Assembly: GCA_014905635.1 (NCBI GenBank)
Contig: JABVCE010000020.1
Span: 558,001 to 622,000, forward strand
DNA: 64,000 bases
Origin: Scenedesmus sp. PABB004
Lineage: Eukaryota
Reading direction: 5' to 3'
Below the pieces are notes generated by a model that searched no databases, was not told the DNA's origin, and worked only from the letters and a program-made list of their open reading frames with translations. The position numbers and the translations under genes were made by a program. This document shows, one piece after another, positions 58,701 to 64,000 of this stretch (position 1 is its first letter; each line of letters begins with the position of its first letter).

Positions 58701-59238
58701 GCAGTGCCTGTGCGGGCGGGTCACGTGATCGCAGGTGCACCTGCGATCGCCGGCTCGTGTTGTGCGTCAACTGCGAGCGCCGACAGGCGGCCCACCACCA
58801 GGTCCGGCCACGCCAGCCCGCTGCCGCCTGCTCGTGGTGCCTGCTCGTGGTGCAGCTGCAGGAGCAGCAGCAGCTGGCCGGCCTCGGGCCGGCCGTCGGC
58901 GAGGCACGAGAGCAGCAGCGCGTACGCGCACGCGTGCGCGCCGCTCGTCGCGCCGAACGCCGCCGCCGCGGCCGCGGGGGCCAGCGCGCACGCCTGCGCA
59001 CGGAGAAACCTCGTGAGCGGCCATCGAGGCAGGCGGGAGCGTCGGTGACGCTCCTGCCTGCGAGAGCGGCGCGCGGCGGCGGCGGCAGCAGCGGTCGCGC
59101 CTGCAGGAGCCCGGCCAGCAGCTCCCCCGCCGTCTGGGATTGCAATGGCTCGTCGTCGTCCTCGGCCACCAGCAGGGCGCGTAGCTGGGCGAGCAGGCCA
59201 GCAATCGCGTGCTCGTCCGCGAGCGCTGACCCGGCCAT
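55729..59238 (-). CDS. Helical (ARM-like?) protein with C-terminal CS (p23/NudC, HSP20-like) domain; joining both parts into one gene is uncertain
   Basis: CS domain LTWSQSAADLDVRLLLP..DVAVSIAPDRLTV..LAQRVKPSEACWSL..LPK..YWRALFEG; the last exon ends FRLVLGDATM*. Upstream Leu/Ala-rich exons run from ATG 59238. Confidence 0.7.
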
Positions 59239-59403
59239 CGCTGCCACGCGTGGCTGCGTGCAGCAGCTCGTGTGAGAGTCGGCGTGGCTGAAAGCTGGCG
59301 GCATGGGGAGCCCGGCGGCTGCGCGCCAGGGCGCAGAGACCCGGCCAGAAACGCAGCGTCACAACGTCGGGGCACGCCCACGTCAAACACTCGACCGAGC
59401 TTC

Positions 59404-60504
59404 TCACGAGACCGGCGCGCGCTGCGGGGCGATCAGGCGCCGGCGCTTGACCAGCTCCGGGCGCGCCGGCAGGCCGCCGCCGCCCGGCCGCGCGAGCGCG
59501 GCCGCCGTGCTGCTGGCGCCGCTCGCGCGCCGGCAGCGCAGCCCGGACCTGGTGACGAGGTCGGACTCGCTCCCCCCGCTGCTGCTCCCGCTCGCGCCGC
59601 CGCTCCCGCCGCCACTCGCCGCGCTCTGGCGGCGTCGCGCGCCGCGCGTGCGCGCGCAGCCGTCGGCGCCGCCGCACGGCCGGTTGTTGTCGGGGCTGCT
59701 GACGCTGCCGCTCGCGTCCGCGGAGCGCTCGCGCTCGGCGCCGGCCGCCCGCGCCGCCGCGTTGTTGCGCCGCGCCGCGGCGGCGTCTGGCGTGCAGGCG
59801 CGCGAGGCGCCGGCCGCGCCCTCCGAGGACTCCTCGGCCGCCGCGGGCCGGCCGCGCGCGGCGCGCTGCGCGCGCGCGGGTTCCTGCCCCCGCGCGGCGT
59901 CGGCCCGGCGCCGCCTCTCCTCCCGCGCCGCCGCCGCATCGGCGCGCGCCGCCAGCCGCGCCCGTCGCGCGTCCTCCCACTCCTCCAGCAGCTGCAGCTG
60001 CGCCAGGACGCCAAACTGCGCATCGACGGACAGCCGCGAGAAGCGAGCGCGCAAGCTGCTGCGCGGCGCGCCCTCGTCGCCGTCGGCCGAGGCCGCCGCC
60101 GCTGCGGCCGCGTCGCTGACAGCGCCGCCGTCCTCGCCCTCGCGCTCGCGCCCGCCGGCGGTCGCCGCGCCGGGGCTCGTGCGTGAGTCGCACGAGCCGC
60201 TGGGCTGGGGTCGGTCAGCGTCGGGCGACCGCTGCCCCGCCAGCCGGGGGCTGCCGCTGCGCCGCGGCCGCCGCCGCGCCCGCGGCGGCGGCGTCGCGTC
60301 GGCCAGCAGCTTCAGCGGCAGCAGCTCCTCGTCTGCTGGCTGCTCGGGCCGCCCGCCGCACCCCGGCTGCGCGGCCGCCTGCGCCCAGAGCTGCGCAAGC
60401 GCCTCGGCCGCAGCGGCCAGCGCCGCGCCGGCGCCGCGCCGCGCCGGGGCCTGGCGCGTCGCCGCCGGTGTGGGCCCCGCCGCGGCCCGGCTGCGCGTTG
60501 TCAT
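59404..60504 (-). CDS. Hypothetical low-complexity protein, single exon
   Basis: ORF from a GCC-ATG with a protein-like core (LRARFSRLSVDAQFGVLAQLQLLEEWED) and a C-terminal NLS-like LVKRRRL. Family not recognised. Confidence 0.55.
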   Translation of the reverse strand: MTTRSRAAAGPTPAATRQAPARRGAGAALAAAAEALAQLWAQAAAQPGCGGRPEQPADEELLPLKLLADATPPPRARRRPRRSGSPRLAGQRSPDADRPQPSGSCDSRTSPGAATAGGREREGEDGGAVSDAAAAAAASADGDEGAPRSSLRARFSRLSVDAQFGVLAQLQLLEEWEDARRARLAARADAAAAREERRRRADAARGQEPARAQRAARGRPAAAEESSEGAAGASRACTPDAAAARRNNAAARAAGAERERSADASGSVSSPDNNRPCGGADGCARTRGARRRQSAASGGGSGGASGSSSGGSESDLVTRSGLRCRRASGASSTAAALARPGGGGLPARPELVKRRRLIAPQRAPVS

Positions 60505-61251
60505 GGCCCCCCGACGGCCAAGCCGCGCGAGTGCGTGCGGGCCTCGCCTGCGGCGGGCACGCGGCGCGCAGCGTGCGGGTCCGTTGCGCTCGCGCCGAGT
60601 CCCGCGGCTGCCGCCGGTCGGCGGGCGCGCCGCAGCGCGTGCGGGGGCTTCTGCAGCGGCCAGGGGCCCGGGCGCAGTGCGGCGCGCGGCGCGGGAATGC
60701 GCGGCCGGCCGCCGCCGCGGCTGCTGCCGCCGGCGCTGCCGCCGCCGGCGCTGCCGCCGCCTCCCACTTGGCCAGCGCACCGTGGGAGACGTCGAGGGAG
60801 CTGGCGGTTGCGGTGTGCTGGGCCTCCGCTCGCCGCGATTGCGGGTGGGCCCGGTCAACCGGGCGGTGATGCCGTAGATTGAGCGATTTGCGGGCGGCCC
60901 AAACTATGCGAGTTCGCTCACAGGCTGCGCCAAGTCTGGCGGGCGCGGGCGGAGCTCGAGTCCGTTTCTGCCGCCAGCGGCGAGCTCGCTGCTCGTGCGA
61001 GCGTCCGGAGCTGCGTCACAGCTCTGGGCTGAGCGCACGCTCGCGTTGAGCTGCGGCGGGAGCAGCAGCGCCGCGGCGGCTTGGCGGCGCGGCCCGGCGG
61101 CGCACGCAGCGCGTGGGCGAGACGCGCGAATTACTCTGCCGCACCCCGCCACCGCATCAGCAGTGCTACTGCAATGCGCGGACCGAGCTCCGCACCGCTC
61201 GCGCGTCCCTCTCTCGCTCGCGCGCGCGCGCGCGCGCACGCGCACGAGGCG

Positions 61252-62354
61252 TCACGCGCCGAGGCCCGGCTGCGCGCCCCAGCCCCACGGCAGCGGCTGC
61301 TCCAGCGGCCACGCGTGCCGCGGCGGGGCCGCCCGCGCCGGCTGCTCCGCCGCCCCCGGCGTGGCGGCGGCGGCGGCGGCGGCCTGCAGCAGGCCCAGCA
61401 CGTCCGCGCCGAGCGCCTGGCTGATGGGCGCCGAGCTGTGCGCGCTGCCGCCGCTGCCGCTGCCGGGGAGCGGGTGCGAGGCGGGCGTGAGGGACCGGTA
61501 GACGCCGGGCCCGCCCACGGCGGCCGCCGGCGCCGGCTGCGCGAGCCCCGCCGCCGCCGGCGCCGCCGGCTCGCCGCGCCCGCCGCCGCGCGACGGCCCC
61601 GCGTCGCTGCAGCGCCGGCTCTTGCGCCCGCCCCCGCTGGGCGGCTCGCCGCCGCCGGCGGCCAGCCGCTGCGCGGCCGCGGCCAGCAGCGCGTGCGAGG
61701 GGCTGAGCACGGCTGCGGCGTTGAAGAAGGCCCCAGGCGAGTGCAGCGCGGCGCCGCCGGGCGCGGGCGCGCGCTCCGCCTGGCCCGCGCGCGCTCGCGC
61801 CGGCGCGGCGTCGGCGCAGCCGAGCGCCTGCTGCGCGGGCGCGTGCTTGGGCGCGCACCTGCGCGCGCGCGCGTGCGCGGGTGAGAGGGAGAGGGCGAGC
61901 GTGCGGCTCTGCGCAGCCAGCTGCGCCTGCCCTGGAGCGCCGCGCACCTGCGGCACAGCGGCACCGGCCTGCCCGCGGCGTCGGTCGCGGCAAACGCCGT
62001 CCAGGAGCGGCACGCCCTGCGTGCGGCGGCGGCGGCAGTGGCAGTGGTGGTGGGTCGGCGCTGCGCCCGGCGGCGGGCAGCTGCAGCTGCGCCGGCCTGG
62101 CCAGCCGCTGGCCAGGCCTGGCCGCGCGCCGCGCGGGCGGCGCCGCACCGACACGAGTGCAGCCAGCCGTCCATCGGGATGGAGGTGCCCGGGTAGTACT
62201 GGCCAGGTCCAGTCGCTGGCGCCGGCGCCGCGAGGTCCGCTGCGCGCTGCTCACGCTGGTCGCTCTCGCCGCGGGCCGCGCGGCCGGCGGCGGCGCCGGG
62301 CAGGGTCGCGGGTTCGCGCAGCTTGCGCTTCGACCGCGGCGCGCCCAGCAGCAT
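61252..62354 (-). CDS. Hypothetical protein with putative C4 zinc finger, 3 exons
   Basis: Spliced YYPGTSIPMDGWLHSCRACRSWT..VPLCRRC (CxxC..CxxC) and a basic N-terminus (RSKRKLR). Confidence 0.6.
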
Positions 62355-62693
62355 GGCGACGCTCGCGCGGGGCGCGGGCGGGCCGCGGGCGCGGGCGCGG
62401 GAGGGCGCGGCCCTTGCGCACGCGTGCCGGCCGTGCCTGAGCGTGAACCCGTGAGGAGGAAGCTGAGGGTGTCTTTTCAATGGCGCGCGCTGCCTAGCGG
62501 GGCATGCGCACGCGCGGCGGCGGCGGCGGTACGTCACAGGCGAGTTTCCCGACGCGCCCCGCCGCCACCGCTCGCCCGCGGGCCGGCGCCGCCGGGCGAC
62601 GCTCGCCGCACCGCTGTCCCTGCGCCACGCCCGCGGGGCGGCGCCGCCGGGCACCGCGTCGCCGCTGCCGGTGCCGCCGGATCGCCGCCGCGG

Positions 62694-63589
62694 TCACAGC
62701 GCGAGCTCGTAGACCTCGACGTGCTCCGGCGCCCAGCCCTCCGCCAGCTCGCCCGGCGGCAGCCGCGCCGCGGCCGCACCCGCGGCGGCCGCCGCGGCGA
62801 GCAGGCCGGCGCGCAGCGCGTCGCCGCGCGCCTCAAACGTCACGAGCGCGCGCGTGCGCCCCGGCGCCGCGAGCGCGCGCATCGCGGCGAGCAGCCCCTC
62901 CGCGCTCGGCACGGAGCCGTCGGGGTCGGGGTAGACGCAGTCGCTCGCGAGCAGCAGGTCCACGCCGCCCCCGGCCGCGCCGGCGGTGATGGCGCCCGCC
63001 GCGGCCGCCACGCTCGCGGGGTCCTCCCAGTCAAGCGCCAGCACCGACACGCGGCCGCCGCCGCCGCCGCCGCCGAGGCCGCTCTTGGCGGCGTTGACGC
63101 GCGCGTGCACCGTCACGGCGGGCTGCAGGGGGGCGGGGGTGGTTGCCGTTGGGCGTCGCCCGCCCGCGGCGCGGGACCGGGCCCCGTCGCCAGGCGCTGC
63201 GCCCGGCCGCGGCCGCCAGCCCTCACACGCACCTTGTCGGTCAGCCACACGTGCGCCGCGCCGAGCCGCGCCGCGGCGAGCCCCGCGAGGCCCATGCCGG
63301 CGCCGAGCTCAACCACGCGCGCGCCGGCGAGCCCGCCGCGGCGCGGGCCGTCGAGCAGCGCCGCCAGCACGAACGCGCCGTCCCACGCCGCCGCGCCGAC
63401 GCGCACGCCGCCGCCGGGGCCGGGGCGCAGCGCGGTGGGGTTCTGCTTGAGGGTCACGCAGCCGGCGCCGCCGCTGAGCGCCACGGTCACGAGGTCGGCC
63501 GCCTGGCTCTGCGCGCGGTCGACGCCGTGCAGCTCGCCGCGCACGGGCTGGCGGTCCACGGGGTCCCAGCCCTCCGTTGTCACGAGCAT
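62694..63589 (-). CDS. METTL21/Methyltransf_16-type protein lysine methyltransferase, 2 exons
   Basis: VGAAAWDGAFVL; motif I VVELGAGMGLAGL; VWLTD; LDW; DLLLASDCVY (DxxY). Confidence 0.92.
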
Positions 63590-64000
63590 GGCCCGCCGCC
63601 GCCGCCGCCGCCGCAGCGATCAAGGGGCGGCGGCGGCGCCGGCAGCAGCAGCAGCGGCGGCTGGCCGCGGCGCGCGGCGGGGTCGCGCGCCCGGCGCCAC
63701 TGCCCGGAGCGACGAGGAGAGGCTGGCGCCGACCAGCACGGCCGCGAACGGCAGCGCAGCGCCGAGAGCAGGCGGGCGCGGCGGCGCACCGGCGGCGGCG
63801 CTGCTCGCGGTGCTGCTCGCGGGGCGCTCGTCGGGCGGAAGCGAGCTGAGGAGGGCGCGACGCGATCCCGCAATCCGAGGGGGCGGGAAGCACAGCGGCT
63901 GAGCAGTGGCCGAGCAAGCGGCGGCGGCGGCTCAGCGGCTGGGCCCTGCGACGCCGGCCGCGAGCGGCTGGCGACGCCCGTAAACTGCAGCAGCGTCCGC

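Noticed and set aside
60880..61075. Cluster of short stem-loops suggesting a structured ncRNA
   Set aside because: Stems of 6-9 bp with wobbles are expected by chance in GC-rich DNA, and no family motif was recognised.
1..64000. Hundreds of overlapping Arg/Ala/Pro-rich ORFs suggesting dense overlapping genes
   Set aside because: Stop codons are rare at this GC level, and recognisable domains occur only in short splice-bounded exons.

Overview
Gene-dense nuclear DNA of a eukaryote, most likely a chlorophyte green alga (Sphaeropleales/Selenastraceae-like). This is inferred from the extreme GC content (about 80% by eye), many short spliceosomal introns, TGTAA poly(A) signals, plastid transit peptides and algal gene families. 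Most long ORFs in the track are GC artefacts or intron read-throughs, so I built about 24 gene models by hand. They include two SGNH/GDSL hydrolase paralogs flanking a GILT gene, a RING-FYVE-SYLF protein, a Tim17/22/23-like protein, a Nudix hydrolase, a CPL4-type CTD phosphatase, a reeler-like secreted protein, IGPD, a FAP85/TEX49-like axonemal protein, CDC73, a PP2-A10-like protein, an EF-hand type II NAD(P)H dehydrogenase, an AstaP-like fasciclin, a receptor L-domain protein, a giant tandem-CH protein, BAP31, an EamA transporter, an F-box/PP2 protein, a CS-domain protein and a METTL21-like methyltransferase. The most notable signals are very frequent GC-AG introns (at least 18 of roughly 100), a 40-bp near-perfect intergenic hairpin, and a 23-bp minisatellite built from the last codons and stop of CDC73. 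I found no CRISPR array, rRNA, tRNA or transposase. All family assignments come from recognising motifs by eye, not from database searches.
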